Positions 51,907 through 62,964 are shown, counted from the stretch's first letter. The stretch is DNA of 64,000 nucleotides from Bradyrhizobium sp. (GCA_036273255.1 DASUIA010000192.1:8230-72229); one strand, 5' to 3'. The notes: generated by a model from the sequence alone, not told the origin. Numbers and translations: made by a program.

Positions 51907-52818
51907 ATGGTAGAGCCCGTGCAGAAGCCAGACGAACCCGCGCAGACCGTCGATCTGGCGGAGGAGTATAAAAGTTCCGGCGTCACCGAAGTGCTGGACG
52001 AGCTCGACCGCGAGCTGGTTGGCTTGAAACCGGTCAAGCAGCGCATTCGCGACATCGCGGCGCTGCTCATCGTCGAACGCGCCCGCAAGACCCTTGGCCT
52101 GTCGCACGAGCCGCCAACGCTGCACATGAGCTTCACCGGCAATCCCGGTACCGGCAAGACGACGGTCGCGCTGCGGATCGCGAATATCCTGCACCGGCTT
52201 GGCTATATCCGCAAAGGGCACCTCGTCTCGGTGACGCGCGATGACCTCGTCGGCCAGTATATCGGCCACACCGCGCCCAAGACCCGCGAGGTGCTGAAGC
52301 GCGCCATGGGCGGTGTGCTGTTCATCGATGAAGCCTATTACCTCTACCGCCCCGACAACGAGCGCGACTACGGCCAGGAGGCGATCGAGATTCTGCTGCA
52401 GGTGATGGAAAGCAATCGCGAAGATCTGGTCGTAATTCTGGCCGGCTATGCCGACCGGATGGACCGCTTCTTTGGGAGCAATCCCGGCTTCCGCTCGCGC
52501 ATTGCGCATCACATCGATTTTCCGGACTATGCGGAAGATGAGTTGCTCGCAATCGCCGAGCTAATGCTGCGCGACATGAATTATAAGTTCAGCGCAGACG
52601 CGCGCGAGACGTTCATTCGTTACATCGCCCTGCGCAAGGCCCAGCCGCTGTTCTCGAACGCGCGCTCGATCCGCAATGCGCTCGACCGCATGCGCCTGCG
52701 CCAGGCCAACCGTCTGGTTGCAGATCTCGACCGTATACTGACCGCCGGCGATATCATGTCGCTGGAGGCATCCGACGTGCTGGCGAGCAGGGTATTTCTG
52801 AACGGCCAACCGAAGTGA
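51907..52818 (+). CDS. cbbX: Red-type RuBisCO activase CbbX
   Basis: [39 protein letters not shown]. Confidence 0.95.
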   Translation: MVEPVQKPDEPAQTVDLAEEYKSSGVTEVLDELDRELVGLKPVKQRIRDIAALLIVERARKTLGLSHEPPTLHMSFTGNPGTGKTTVALRIANILHRLGYIRKGHLVSVTRDDLVGQYIGHTAPKTREVLKRAMGGVLFIDEAYYLYRPDNERDYGQEAIEILLQVMESNREDLVVILAGYADRMDRFFGSNPGFRSRIAHHIDFPDYAEDELLAIAELMLRDMNYKFSADARETFIRYIALRKAQPLFSNARSIRNALDRMRLRQANRLVADLDRILTAGDIMSLEASDVLASRVFLNGQPK

Positions 52819-52834
52819 TGGAGCCGAAGACGCT

Positions 52835-53935
52835 TCAGCGGGCGCCGGCGCTCTCGATTGCGGCCGATTTGCGCGATTGATAGGCCTTCAGCACCTGCCT
52901 TGACGTTTCGACGTTCAGCCGCAGGAATTCGGCCTTCATGGTGTCGAGGCTTCCTGCCGTGATTCGATAGTTGGCTGCCCCCAGAAACAACAGCGACATG
53001 GTCGTTGTCCATGACAGATCCAGCGCCTTGGCCAGGATCAGGATGACTTCCCTGTTCTTGTCGACCAGCGCGCGCTCCACGACGTCGATTGGCAGCATGC
53101 ATAACAGCGACAAGGCAACCGCCGTTTCATTGAATTTGAGCGAATGGGCGAACTCGAATATCTGGTCCTCGCTGAGGTTGCCATACTGATGCAATTTGCC
53201 GACCGTGCGTTTTGCGGCAAAGTAGTTCTTGGAGGCCGGTCCGAATCGAGCGTGAATCGTTCCGGTGAGATCGGTGACCACGGTCTGTATCTGGTTCACC
53301 AGTTCGGGGCGTTCGCGCTCGAGCTTTCGCTTGACCTCGTCGGAGGCCTTCGAAATCAGTTGCTGGAACAGGTGCCTGGGGATGTCCTTGCGCAGGCCGA
53401 GATGCTCGGCGAGGATGAAATCATCCTCGGAGCGCTTGATCAGATGCAGAAAGCCGAATCCCGACAGGCTTGCGCCGCTATTGGCTGCAACCGAGTTCGC
53501 AACCTCGGCGGCGCCTCGCACCACCAGAACGTCGGTCACGTCGTCCGGAATCGATTTCCGTTTCGAAATCGCGAGAAGATGCCCCTGGCCTTTGGATCTT
53601 GCATTTGCCACCAGGGTCTTGGTGTCCAACCGTTCGGATTGCCGGAGCACGGGTCCGGCGACATCGATCGAATCGTCAAACGCGAGATTGTTGATGACTT
53701 TGATCGGCGCGTTGTTGCTGGGGGCGAGCTTGTTTGCGAGCCGCACGCGGGCCACGATTTCGATGTCTTCGGCAAGCCGCCCGATGATCTCGCCGAAAGT
53801 CCAGATTTGATCCTCGGAGTACCGGCCGGCGATCAGGATGTCGGTGACATGCCACAGGGCCTGCAAACGGCTCTCGGCCGTTCCGCGCGATACCGCATCT
53901 TCCAGTTCCGCCAGAAGCGACTTTGGTTCGGTCAT
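52835..53935 (-). CDS. DUF2336 domain protein
   Basis: VTDIL, APIKVINNLAFDDSIDVAGPVLRQSERL, HLLAISKR, VTDVLV. Confidence 0.87.
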   Translation of the reverse strand: MTEPKSLLAELEDAVSRGTAESRLQALWHVTDILIAGRYSEDQIWTFGEIIGRLAEDIEIVARVRLANKLAPSNNAPIKVINNLAFDDSIDVAGPVLRQSERLDTKTLVANARSKGQGHLLAISKRKSIPDDVTDVLVVRGAAEVANSVAANSGASLSGFGFLHLIKRSEDDFILAEHLGLRKDIPRHLFQQLISKASDEVKRKLERERPELVNQIQTVVTDLTGTIHARFGPASKNYFAAKRTVGKLHQYGNLSEDQIFEFAHSLKFNETAVALSLLCMLPIDVVERALVDKNREVILILAKALDLSWTTTMSLLFLGAANYRITAGSLDTMKAEFLRLNVETSRQVLKAYQSRKSAAIESAGAR

Positions 53936-53985
53936 CCGACCCGCTCGATGTTGTGCCGATAGATCACATACGGGTTCTCGAGTAA

Positions 53986-54069
53986 TAAACCTGCATTTAA
54001 ACGACCGGGACCGCCACGCTCGTATGGAATTTGCCCGCCATTTGCATCGTAATATTAACAAGGAGTTAA
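53986..54069. promoter_or_regulatory. CtrA boxes
   Basis: Perfect TTAA-CAAGGAG-TTAA (54055-54069) and one-mismatch TAAA-CCTGCAT-TTAA (53986-54000). Confidence 0.65.
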
Positions 54070-54098
54070 AACGCGACGCAGACCGGCTGCCCGCCGGC

Positions 54099-55229
54099 TC
54101 AATTCAGACTTGACGATGAGGGCGACGATCTCACCTGCCAGAAGGTCAGCAGACGGCGGGCGTTCTCGGCCGTCATCTTGCCAAACTGGCTTCTGGCGTT
54201 GGCCAGTTCGTGCGGCCCCATCGACCCGGTCGCCAACCGGCTCTCCAGAACAGCGTGGACCGTCTCCCAGCTCAGGCCGGCGGCTCTGCAGGGAACGAGG
54301 ACGCCGTCGTCGCGAAGGCTCTGCATCAGCGGACGGACCACCTCGATGGTCGAGTGCGACAATGCCGCCAGTGCAGCGACGGTCTCCTCATATTTCCGCT
54401 GTCTGGCGAATTCGAGCAGGGTTGCTTCCTCGAGTTCGCCTTGGTCCCTTAGTCGTGCCACCAGGCGCTGGGCCGCGGTAAATTCGCGGACCTTGGACAT
54501 CTCGCGGTTTACTCCGGCCGAGACGGCAGCGATCGCGCTGCGGATTTCCTCGAACACATGCGGAGGCGCGCGGGACAATAGCCGCGCGCGGACCTCTTCG
54601 GTGGCGCTGCGCAGCAATTGGTGGCGGAGTTCCAGGGGCAGATCGACCCGGATCCCGGTTTCGACGGCAAGTTCGGGATCGGCCTCGGCGTGCGCGACGA
54701 CAATGGCGAATCCGGCCGCGGAAACTCGCGCGCCTGGATTGCTGACGATGCGGCGACTGACGCTCGGGTACCTTCGGGCCAGTATGACGTCGGTCACGAC
54801 TTCCTTCAGCCACCAGCGGCCGGACATGGCCAGCAGGTGCTGCTCGCCCTTTGTCCTCGCGATCTCGACCAGGTCTTCGGTGCTGAGACAGGCGGATTCC
54901 GTCAGGACCGGACGAGCGACCGTGATCTCGTCATTGCCGGCAAGTCGGCGAACGACAGACGGCGGTGCTTGCGGGACCGGAGCCAGTTGGCTGCTCATTT
55001 CAGCCAGCGCAATACGGATGCTTACGTCTGCGATCGCCCGAAGCTCGATCGTCTTGATGAGCCGTTCCAGCACATCTCCGAACAATTCGATCTGCTTGCT
55101 GTTGAAGCTTTCGGCGGACGCCAGGAACAGGTCGGTCACGCGCTTGATGGTTTCCAGGCGCTTTTCTGCCGTCCCGTTATTGATTGTCGTTTCAAATTCG
55201 TCGACGACTGAAAATTCCACGTCTGGCAT
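54099..55229 (-). CDS. DUF2336 domain protein
   Basis: RVTDLFL, APPSVVRRLAGNDEITVARPVLTES, VTDVIL, NPGARVS. Confidence 0.87.
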   Translation of the reverse strand: MPDVEFSVVDEFETTINNGTAEKRLETIKRVTDLFLASAESFNSKQIELFGDVLERLIKTIELRAIADVSIRIALAEMSSQLAPVPQAPPSVVRRLAGNDEITVARPVLTESACLSTEDLVEIARTKGEQHLLAMSGRWWLKEVVTDVILARRYPSVSRRIVSNPGARVSAAGFAIVVAHAEADPELAVETGIRVDLPLELRHQLLRSATEEVRARLLSRAPPHVFEEIRSAIAAVSAGVNREMSKVREFTAAQRLVARLRDQGELEEATLLEFARQRKYEETVAALAALSHSTIEVVRPLMQSLRDDGVLVPCRAAGLSWETVHAVLESRLATGSMGPHELANARSQFGKMTAENARRLLTFWQVRSSPSSSSLN

Positions 55230-55288
55230 CGCTCATCCTGAGCGTCATGAGGACTGTTCTAGACCAACAGGTAATCATAGGAGGATTA

Positions 55289-55304
55289 GTTAAAGGTTTG
55301 GTAA
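55289..55304 (-). promoter_or_regulatory. CtrA-like box
   Basis: Minus strand TTAC-CAAACCT-TTAAC, about 60 bp upstream of the DUF2336 start. Confidence 0.5.
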
Positions 55305-55536
55305 AATTGAACTTCGCCGCTGGCGAGAACCATGGGCCGCGAGCCGAGAAAGATTTTGTCGTTGCCGCTCGACATTCCGAAAAATTTAACCGGTACGCCC
55401 CAAGTGTCGAACCCGCAGCGCAAAGCCGGTTCCAGAGTCGGTCAGCAGACATTCTTAAAAATGGTTCTGACGCATAATCGTAATGACTCTGACATAACAG
55501 CGCGAATAAGGTTGCGCACCGAGCCTGGAGGTGGCC

Positions 55537-55770
55537 ATGAAGAACGTTTCTCGCTACCGCGCGATGGGATCGCTGCACCGCCAATGCGCGGTGCTCAACC
55601 CGCAACAAAGCTGGAAGCATCTCGGCGAAGCCGAACGCTGGGAGCATCTCGCCGAAGCCGAAATCTCCGATTATTTCAGGCAATGCAACGCGACCGGCCC
55701 CGATGATGCGGGGAAGTCCGGCGCCGCCAACCCGCGATTGACCGCTGGTCCGCGTCCGCGAGCGGCTTGA
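55537..55770 (+). CDS. Small hypothetical protein (bradyrhizobial type)
   Basis: GGAGG SD; RYRAMGSL.RQ.A...P..SWK.L.EAERWEHLA pattern recalled from Bradyrhizobium small proteins. Confidence 0.7.
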   Translation: MKNVSRYRAMGSLHRQCAVLNPQQSWKHLGEAERWEHLAEAEISDYFRQCNATGPDDAGKSGAANPRLTAGPRPRAA

Positions 55771-56012
55771 CGACTCACGTTGCACTGGAACCGTCGGATC
55801 GACCTGCCGATCTCTCATATTGTTGTCAGCGTTATTCGTCCAGACTTCGAAAGTTCACGCGACCCCAACGGCCCGGCCGGCTCGCGATGGCGACGCAATG
55901 GCCATGGGGCGCGCAATGGCCGGCGGCTTTCCGGCGCGCCCTGCCGGCGGCAATCACTGGAACAAATTGTCCTATTTTTACTTGAATCCTGGTTCCGTTG
56001 CGGAGTGGCTTC

Positions 56013-56279
56013 GTGTCCTGGGATCGCCCGTTCGATCAACCCCTTCCTCTCCCCGGCGTCGCGCCGGCACGAACGCTACGGGACGCCGCCAGTTACGTCA
56101 GGAAACTGCCAGTCGCGGAGCGTGATCGGCTGGAGTGGCGGCTGGCCATCCACATGCTGATCGAAGCGGCGGAAGACCGTGGGCCGATCCTGTTCGCGCG
56201 CATGGGCATGCTGCGAGCCATCGAACGTGAACCAGAGCAACGACCGGCCGGACGGCGGCCTTCCACGCACGGGCGATGA
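56013..56279 (+). CDS. Small hypothetical protein (bradyrhizobial type)
   Basis: GGAG SD with GTG; W.RPFD.P.PLP...TLRDAA.Y..KLP..E...EW..A...LIEAAE.RGP..FARMG pattern. Confidence 0.72.
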   Translation: MSWDRPFDQPLPLPGVAPARTLRDAASYVRKLPVAERDRLEWRLAIHMLIEAAEDRGPILFARMGMLRAIEREPEQRPAGRRPSTHGR

Positions 56280-56468
56280 ACGCCAAAGGGCCCGAGACCG
56301 CACGCCCAGCACCCAGCGTCCTCAAACAAACGATCACCGCAACTGTCCCGTCACCGCCGCGGCCGCGGTTTGGCTGCTACCGGTGAGGCGGTTCCGCTTG
56401 CGTGACCGCCAAAGCAAATCAGTTGGTGGCCAGGCGGTGGGCCGGGAGACCCTCATTGGCCAAATTTC

Positions 56469-56501
56469 TGGGCTATTGCTCAATTGATGAGTATATGATC
56501 T
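56469..56501. promoter_or_regulatory. Tandem operator pair upstream of SmoC-like regulator
   Basis: TGGGCTATTGCTCA and TGAGTATATGATCT, 19-bp period. Confidence 0.55.
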
Positions 56502-56729
56502 TGTTCTGGCTGCGGAAAGTACGCGATGATGAAGGCCCGACCTCATCACTATTGACCGTGAGGGCGTCCGGGTGGTCACGGCCGGCAAGACTGCCGGATG
56601 ACCGTCCGCCGATTTGCCGGAGGTAGCCGTCGTCGATCCCTTGGGGACCGGACTGTCCTGTACAATGCGGGGGCCGACCGGGTTTTTGAGCGAATGGCCG
56701 AGTTCGGGCCGAAGCAGCGGGTGGGTGGG

Positions 56730-57680
56730 ATGGCCGCGCCTGAAAGCGAGAAATCGCGCCTCGATGAAGCCGCGCGCGCCGGCTGGCTGTATTTCATCGC
56801 CGGTCATACCCAGGACGAGATCGCAAAACTGCTCCAGGTCTCCCGGGCCTCGGCGCAACGATTGGTCTCGCTTTGTCTTGCCGAGCAGCTGATTACGTTC
56901 CGCCTCGAACACCCGATCGCCGCCTGCATGGAGTTAGCTTCCCGGCTCAAGGACTTGTTCCATCTGGCTTATTGCGAGGTCGTGCCGACCGATCCGGCGC
57001 AGCCGCTGACGGCGGCCGGAATTGCGGAACGGGCCGCCAATATCCTGGAATCGACATTGCGCGGCGACAAGCCGACGATCGTGGCGTTGGGGACGGGCAG
57101 GGCGGTGCGCGCGGCGGTCGAGCGGGTGTCGCCGATCGATTGCCCCAATCATCAGATCGTGTCGCTGGTCGGCAATATCTCGACCGACGGCTCGGCGAGT
57201 TTCTTTGACACCGTCGGGCGCCTGGCCGATCGGACCCGGGCGCGCCATTATCCCATGCCGCTGCCGTTTCTGATGTCGTCGAAGAACGAACGCGACCAGA
57301 TGCTGCGGATCGATCCGATCGCCAAGGTGAGGGCAGTCGCCGCCAAGGCGGACCTCCGGCTGGTCGGAATTGGTCAGATGGACCAGAGTGCACAGGTCCA
57401 TGTCGATGGCTTCGTCTCACGCGAGGAACTGTTCGAAATGATGCGATTGGGCGCGGTCGGCGAGGTGGTTGGCTGGGCCTTCGATGCAGAAGGCCGCGTT
57501 ATCGCTGGCGGAATCAACGATCGTCTGACCAGTATTCCACTGCAGGTCCCTGCCGAGGCCCTGACCATCGGCGCGGCGGTCGGTCGTGCCAAGGTCGCGG
57601 CGATCAGGGCGGCGCTCAAGGGACGCCTGATCAACGGCTTGATCACTGACGAAGCAACTGCAGGCGCCGTCCTCGGATGA
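56730..57680 (+). CDS. SorC/DeoR sugar-binding regulator (SmoC-like)
   Basis: AARAGWLYFIAGHTQDEIA, GTGR, GLITDE. Confidence 0.9.
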   Translation: MAAPESEKSRLDEAARAGWLYFIAGHTQDEIAKLLQVSRASAQRLVSLCLAEQLITFRLEHPIAACMELASRLKDLFHLAYCEVVPTDPAQPLTAAGIAERAANILESTLRGDKPTIVALGTGRAVRAAVERVSPIDCPNHQIVSLVGNISTDGSASFFDTVGRLADRTRARHYPMPLPFLMSSKNERDQMLRIDPIAKVRAVAAKADLRLVGIGQMDQSAQVHVDGFVSREELFEMMRLGAVGEVVGWAFDAEGRVIAGGINDRLTSIPLQVPAEALTIGAAVGRAKVAAIRAALKGRLINGLITDEATAGAVLG

Positions 57681-57819
57681 CGGCGAACCCGGCCGTGCGG
57701 ACGGTCGCTGGAACCCATCGCCCCTCGAACCATCTGACATCAGCCGCGCGCATTTCCGGCTTCGTACCTCGGGCCTTTGCCGTGGCTCAACCTATCGGTG
57801 CGCGATTTCCATTCTGCTC

Positions 57820-57874
57820 TTGACAAGTCCTCGGACTGGCCTGAACATAACTTCAGTGCGTGGGCATATGCTCA
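57820..57874 (+). promoter_or_regulatory. Promoter and tandem operator pair of smo-type operon
   Basis: TTGACA (57820), then TGAACATAACTTCA and TGGGCATATGCTCA, 19-bp period. Confidence 0.6.
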
Positions 57875-57897
57875 AACGCATACTAAGGGAGGTTACC

Positions 57898-59214
57898 GTG
57901 AAACACGTCCTCGGCGGCGCCCTGCTGGGCGCGGTTACCCTGTTGGGCTCAGCCCCCTCGATTGCACAGACGACCCTGACGATCGCGACCGTCAACAACC
58001 CCGACATGATCCGCATGCAGGGGTTGACCAGCGATTTCACCGCCAAGAACCCGGACGTGGCGGTGAAATGGGTGACCCTCGAAGAGAATGTGCTGCGGCA
58101 GCGCGTTACCACCGACATCGCGACCAAGGGCGGTCAGTTCGACGTGCTCACGATCGGCACCTATGAGGTTCCGATCTGGGCCAAGAAGAACTGGCTCATT
58201 CCGCTCGACAATCTCGGGGCCGACTACGATGTCGCCGATCTGCTGCCGAAGATCCGCGACGCCGTCTCGGTCTCGGGCAAGCTCTATGCCGCGCCCTTCT
58301 ATGGCGAGAGCTCGATGACGATGTACCGCACCGACCTGTTCCAGAAAGCCGGGCTGACCATGCCCGAAAAGCCGACCTGGGATTTCGTGGTCGACGCGGC
58401 GAAGAAACTCACCGACAAGTCCGCCGGCGTGTACGGCATCTGCCTCAGGGGCAAGGCCGGCTGGGGCGAGAACATGGCGTTCCTCACAGCCATGTCGAAC
58501 TCCTTCGGCGCGCGCTGGTTCGACGAAAAGTGGCAGCCGCAGTTCAACACGCCGGAGTGGAAGAAAACCCTGACCACCTATGTCGACCTGATGAAGGTTG
58601 CGGGCCCTCCCGGCGCAAGCTCGAACGGATTCAATGAAAACCTGGCGCTGTTCAATGCCGGCAAATGTGCGATGTGGATCGATGCCACGGTCGCGGCCTC
58701 CTTCATCACCAATCCGAAGGATTCGAAGGTCGCCGACAAGGTCGGCTTCGCGCTGGCACCAAATACCGGGCTTGGAAAGAACGCCAACTGGCTGTGGGCG
58801 TGGAATCTCGCGATTCCCGCCGGCTCGAAGAAGGTCGCCGCGGCGGAGAAATTCATCGCATGGGCGACCGGCAAGGACTACACCAAGCTGGTTGCCTCGA
58901 AGGATGGATGGGCCAATGTGCCGCCGGGAACGCGAACCTCGCTGTATCAGAATCCCGAGTATCTGAAGGTCGCTCCGTTCGCGAAGCTGACACTGGCATC
59001 GATCGATGCGGCCGATCCGAACCATCCGACCGTCAAGCCGGTTCCTTACGTTGGGGTGCAATATGCGGCGATTCCGGAATTCCAGGGCATCGGTACGACC
59101 GTTGGCCAGGAATTTGCCGCTGCCCTATCCGGTTCATCGACCGTCGATGCGGCGCTGGCCGCCGCGCAATCGTCCACCGAGCGCGAAATGAAACGTGCCG
59201 GCTACATCAAGTAG
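57898..59214 (+). CDS. smoE: Polyol (sorbitol/mannitol-type) ABC substrate-binding protein
   Basis: TIATVNN.DMIRMQ, LEENVLRQRVTTDIATKGGQFD, CLRGKAGWGEN; GGAGG SD with GTG. Confidence 0.88.
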   Translation: MKHVLGGALLGAVTLLGSAPSIAQTTLTIATVNNPDMIRMQGLTSDFTAKNPDVAVKWVTLEENVLRQRVTTDIATKGGQFDVLTIGTYEVPIWAKKNWLIPLDNLGADYDVADLLPKIRDAVSVSGKLYAAPFYGESSMTMYRTDLFQKAGLTMPEKPTWDFVVDAAKKLTDKSAGVYGICLRGKAGWGENMAFLTAMSNSFGARWFDEKWQPQFNTPEWKKTLTTYVDLMKVAGPPGASSNGFNENLALFNAGKCAMWIDATVAASFITNPKDSKVADKVGFALAPNTGLGKNANWLWAWNLAIPAGSKKVAAAEKFIAWATGKDYTKLVASKDGWANVPPGTRTSLYQNPEYLKVAPFAKLTLASIDAADPNHPTVKPVPYVGVQYAAIPEFQGIGTTVGQEFAAALSGSSTVDAALAAAQSSTEREMKRAGYIK

Positions 59215-59255
59215 GCGCACGATCGCGGCGGCCCTCCTCCCTGGCCGTCGACTAA

Positions 59256-59287
59256 TGGCCATCCGCTCGTCACCGACCGGATGGCCA
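59256..59287 (+). other. Intercistronic stem-loop after smoE
   Basis: TGGCCATCCG-N12-CGGATGGCCA. Confidence 0.65.
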
Positions 59288-59379
59288 CCCTCATCGAGTT
59301 CGCCAAACTATGGCGTCTTCGAGCGAAGTGGGTAGCGGTTGGCGTGAAGCAACGCGTCGGGCTCTAACAGGAGGCGGTG

Positions 59380-60252
59380 ATGGCAACGCAGCAGACCCAG
59401 GTTCTGGGACGAGCCCTGCTCAGCCCGGCCGTTGTATTGCTGTTCGTCTGGATGATCGTCCCGCTGGCGATGACGATCTATTTTTCCACGCTTCATTACA
59501 GCCTGCTCGATCCCGATACGAAGCGCTTTGTCGGGCTCGATAACTATCGGTATTTTCTGACCGACCCCGCCTTTCTGGCGTCGCTGCAGAACACCCTGGT
59601 GCTGGTCGGCTCGGTGCTCGCCATCACGATCCTGCTCGGCACCCCGCTCGCGCTGCTGCTCGACCAGCCGGTGATCGGGCGCAGTATCGTGCGATTGATG
59701 GTGATAGCGCCGTTTTTCGTGATGCCGACCGTCAGCGCGCTGGTCTGGAAAAACCTGCTGATGCATCCGGTCTCCGGACTGTTTGCGTGGATCTCGATGC
59801 AGTTCGGCGCAACGCCGATCGATTGGTTCACCGATGCGCCCTTGCTCGCCATCATCCTGATCGTCGCCTGGCAATGGCTGCCGTTTGCGACCCTGATCCT
59901 GCTCACCGCGCTGCAATCCCAGGACGAGGAGCAGAAGGAAGCCGCCGAGATGGACGGCGCCGGTGCGTTTTCGAAATTCGCCTATCTCACGCTGCCGCAT
60001 TTGGCGCGGCCGATCACCGTGGTCATCCTGATCGAGACGATATTCCTGCTGACGGTGTTTGCCGAGATCTTCGTCACCACCGGCGGTGGCCCGGGCGTGC
60101 AGACCACCAATATCGCGTTCCTGATCTACTCGCAGGCGCTGATCCAGTTCGACGTCGGCAACGCTTCCGCCGGCGGACTGGTCGCGGTCGTGATCGCCAA
60201 TATCGTGGCCTTCTTCCTGGTGCGGATCATCGGCCGGAATCTGGAGGCATAG
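59380..60252 (+). CDS. smoF: Polyol ABC permease
   Basis: WMIVPLAMTIYFS, EAAEMDGA, TTGGGPG. Confidence 0.88.
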   Translation: MATQQTQVLGRALLSPAVVLLFVWMIVPLAMTIYFSTLHYSLLDPDTKRFVGLDNYRYFLTDPAFLASLQNTLVLVGSVLAITILLGTPLALLLDQPVIGRSIVRLMVIAPFFVMPTVSALVWKNLLMHPVSGLFAWISMQFGATPIDWFTDAPLLAIILIVAWQWLPFATLILLTALQSQDEEQKEAAEMDGAGAFSKFAYLTLPHLARPITVVILIETIFLLTVFAEIFVTTGGGPGVQTTNIAFLIYSQALIQFDVGNASAGGLVAVVIANIVAFFLVRIIGRNLEA

Positions 60253-60255
60253 GCG

Positions 60256-61086
60256 ATGGCACGCAAGGTAACTTCGAGACGGATCTGGGTGTCCACGGGC
60301 GCCGCGTGGTTCTTCGGATTTCTGATTTTCCTGCCGATCCTGTGGATGTTCCTGACCAGCTTCAAGACCGAGCTTGAGGCGTTCGCCATGCCACCCACGT
60401 TTCTATTTTTCCATTGGACCACGGAGAACTATGCGACCGTGCAGAGCCGCAGCGACTATTTCCATCATGCGCTCAATTCCTTCATCATTGCCGGCGGATC
60501 GACGCTGGTTGCCATGTTGATTGCCGTTCCGGCCGCCTGGTCGATGGCGTTCGCGCCGACCAGGCGCACCAAGGATGTTCTGCTGTGGATGCTCTCGACC
60601 AAGATGATGCCACCCGTCGGCGTGCTGGTTCCGATCTATCTGATTTATCGGGATCTCGGCATACTCGATACGCGCGCGGGCCTCATCGTGATCCTGTGTC
60701 TCGGCAATCTGCCGATCGTGATCTGGATGCTGTTCACCTACTTCAAGGAAATTCCAAAGGACATTCTCGAAGCGGCACGGATGGATGGTGCGACCATCGG
60801 ACGCGAACTCGTCTATGTGCTGACGCCAATGGCCGTGCCGGGTTTGGCCTCCACGATGCTGCTCAATTTCATCCTGGCCTGGAACGAAGCGTTTTGGACC
60901 CTGAACCTTTCGACCATCGATGCCGCGCCGCTTACGGTTTTCATCGCGTCCTATTCGAGCCCCGAGGGCCTGTTCTGGGCAAAGCTGTCGGCCGCGTCGA
61001 CGCTTGCCATTGCTCCCATCATCGTACTCGGATGGTTCAGCCAGCGGCAACTGGTCCGCGGACTGACGTTCGGCGCCGTCAAGTAG
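60256..61086 (+). CDS. smoG: Polyol ABC permease
   Basis: [33 protein letters not shown]. Confidence 0.88.
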   Translation: MARKVTSRRIWVSTGAAWFFGFLIFLPILWMFLTSFKTELEAFAMPPTFLFFHWTTENYATVQSRSDYFHHALNSFIIAGGSTLVAMLIAVPAAWSMAFAPTRRTKDVLLWMLSTKMMPPVGVLVPIYLIYRDLGILDTRAGLIVILCLGNLPIVIWMLFTYFKEIPKDILEAARMDGATIGRELVYVLTPMAVPGLASTMLLNFILAWNEAFWTLNLSTIDAAPLTVFIASYSSPEGLFWAKLSAASTLAIAPIIVLGWFSQRQLVRGLTFGAVK

Positions 61087-61108
61087 ATCAGCGAAAGGGC
61101 TAGATATC

Positions 61109-62113
61109 ATGGGCCAGATCACGCTGCAGGGGGTCCGCAAATCGTTCGGGCCGGTCAACATCATCAAGGATGCCAATCTCGACATCGAGAACGGCTCCTT
61201 TGTGGTTTTCGTCGGCCCTTCGGGGTGCGGCAAGACCACGTTGCTGCGATTGATCGCCGGACTTGAGGATGTCACCGGCGGCCAGATCCTGATCGACGGC
61301 CGCAACGTCGTCGACGTTCCGCCGGCGAAGCGCGGCCTGTCGATGGTGTTTCAGTCCTATGCGCTCTATCCGCATATGAGCGTTCGCGGCAACATCGCGT
61401 TCGGGCTGAAGATGGCGGGACTGCCGCGCGCCGAGATCGATCGCAAGGTGGAAGCCGCCGCGGCCACGCTGAACCTGACGCCCTATCTCGACCGGAAGCC
61501 GCGCGAGCTTTCCGGCGGCCAGCGCCAGCGGGTTGCGATCGGACGAGCCATCGTGCGCGAGCCGAAGGCGTTCCTGTTCGATGAGCCGTTGTCGAATCTC
61601 GACGCCGCGCTTCGGGTCCAGATGCGCATGGAGGTCACCAAGCTGCAGAAACAGCTTGCGACCACCGCCGTCTACGTCACCCATGACCAGGTCGAGGCCA
61701 TGACCATGGCTGACAAGATCGTCGTGCTAAATGCTGGCGGTATCGAACAATACGGCTCGCCGCTCGAATTGTACGAGCGGCCGGCAAACCTTTTCGTCGC
61801 CGGCTTCATCGGATCGCCGAGGATGAACTTCGTGTCCGGCGAGGCGGCCGCCCGGCACGGCGCCGTCACCATCGGGATCAGGCCCGAACATCTGAAGATC
61901 GGCCAGGAGGCGGAAGGCTGGCCGGGGACCGTATCGGTGGCCGAACATCTCGGCAGCGACACCTTCCTCTATGTCGATGCCGGGAAAATCGGAATGCTCA
62001 CCTGCCGATATGTCGGTGAACTCGACCTGAAGGCGGGCGATCGGGTGTCGCTGTCGCCGGACCCGGCCCGCTTGCACCGCTTCGACAAAGAGGGAATGGC
62101 AATGCGCGCCTAG
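61109..62113 (+). CDS. smoK: Polyol ABC ATP-binding protein
   Basis: [32 protein letters not shown]. Confidence 0.9.
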   Translation: MGQITLQGVRKSFGPVNIIKDANLDIENGSFVVFVGPSGCGKTTLLRLIAGLEDVTGGQILIDGRNVVDVPPAKRGLSMVFQSYALYPHMSVRGNIAFGLKMAGLPRAEIDRKVEAAAATLNLTPYLDRKPRELSGGQRQRVAIGRAIVREPKAFLFDEPLSNLDAALRVQMRMEVTKLQKQLATTAVYVTHDQVEAMTMADKIVVLNAGGIEQYGSPLELYERPANLFVAGFIGSPRMNFVSGEAAARHGAVTIGIRPEHLKIGQEAEGWPGTVSVAEHLGSDTFLYVDAGKIGMLTCRYVGELDLKAGDRVSLSPDPARLHRFDKEGMAMRA

Positions 62114-62190
62114 CGGCAACGGACCGCCCACCACGCCGATTGCCGTGTCGCATGCCGGCGGCGATCGACCTCGAGGAAAGAACAGCAGGG

Positions 62191-62964
62191 ATGTATCTGG
62201 AAAAATTCAAACTGGGCGGCCGCGTCGCGCTCGTCACCGGCGGCGGGCAAGGCATCGGGCTCGCCTGTTCGGAGGCGCTCGGGGAAGCCGGCGCCAGGAT
62301 CATCATCGCCGACCGCGATGCCAAGGCGGCTGAGGCCGGCTGCGCCAGCCTCCAGGCGAAGGGGCTTCAGGCCGAGGTTGCGATCCTGGACGTGACCGAT
62401 TCCAGGCGCGTCTCCGAGACCGCGGACGAACTGGTGTCTCGGCACGGCAAGATCGACATCCTCGTCAACAACGCCGGCATTGCCCGCAGCGAGACGCCGG
62501 CCGAACAGGTCACCGACGAGCACTGGCTGAACGTGGTCGACGTCAACCTCAACGGCACCTTCTGGTGTTGCCGCGCCTTTGGCAAGCACATGCTGGCCGC
62601 CGGATCCGGCGCCATCGTCAACATCGGGTCGATGTCCGGGTTCATCGTCAACAAGCCGCAGGAGCAATGTTACTACAATGCCTCAAAGGCTGCGGTGCAC
62701 CATCTCACCAAGTCGCTCGCGGCCGAGTGGGGCGCCCGCGGCGTGCGCGTCAATGCCGTGGCTCCGACCTATGTGGCCACCCCCCTCAACGCATTCGTCA
62801 AGAACAGCCCGCAGATGTATGATGCCTGGATCGGCGGCACCCCGATGGCCCGGATGGGCGAGGTCGACGAAATTGCCTCCGTCGTCTTGTTTCTGGCATC
62901 CGACGCTGCCAGCCTGATGACGGGCAGCATCGTCCTCGTCGATGGAGGCTATACGTGCTGGTAG
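62191..62964 (+). CDS. Short-chain dehydrogenase (polyol dehydrogenase-like)
   Basis: TGGGQGIG, NNAG, YNASK, VDGGY. Confidence 0.9.
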   Translation: MYLEKFKLGGRVALVTGGGQGIGLACSEALGEAGARIIIADRDAKAAEAGCASLQAKGLQAEVAILDVTDSRRVSETADELVSRHGKIDILVNNAGIARSETPAEQVTDEHWLNVVDVNLNGTFWCCRAFGKHMLAAGSGAIVNIGSMSGFIVNKPQEQCYYNASKAAVHHLTKSLAAEWGARGVRVNAVAPTYVATPLNAFVKNSPQMYDAWIGGTPMARMGEVDEIASVVLFLASDAASLMTGSIVLVDGGYTCW

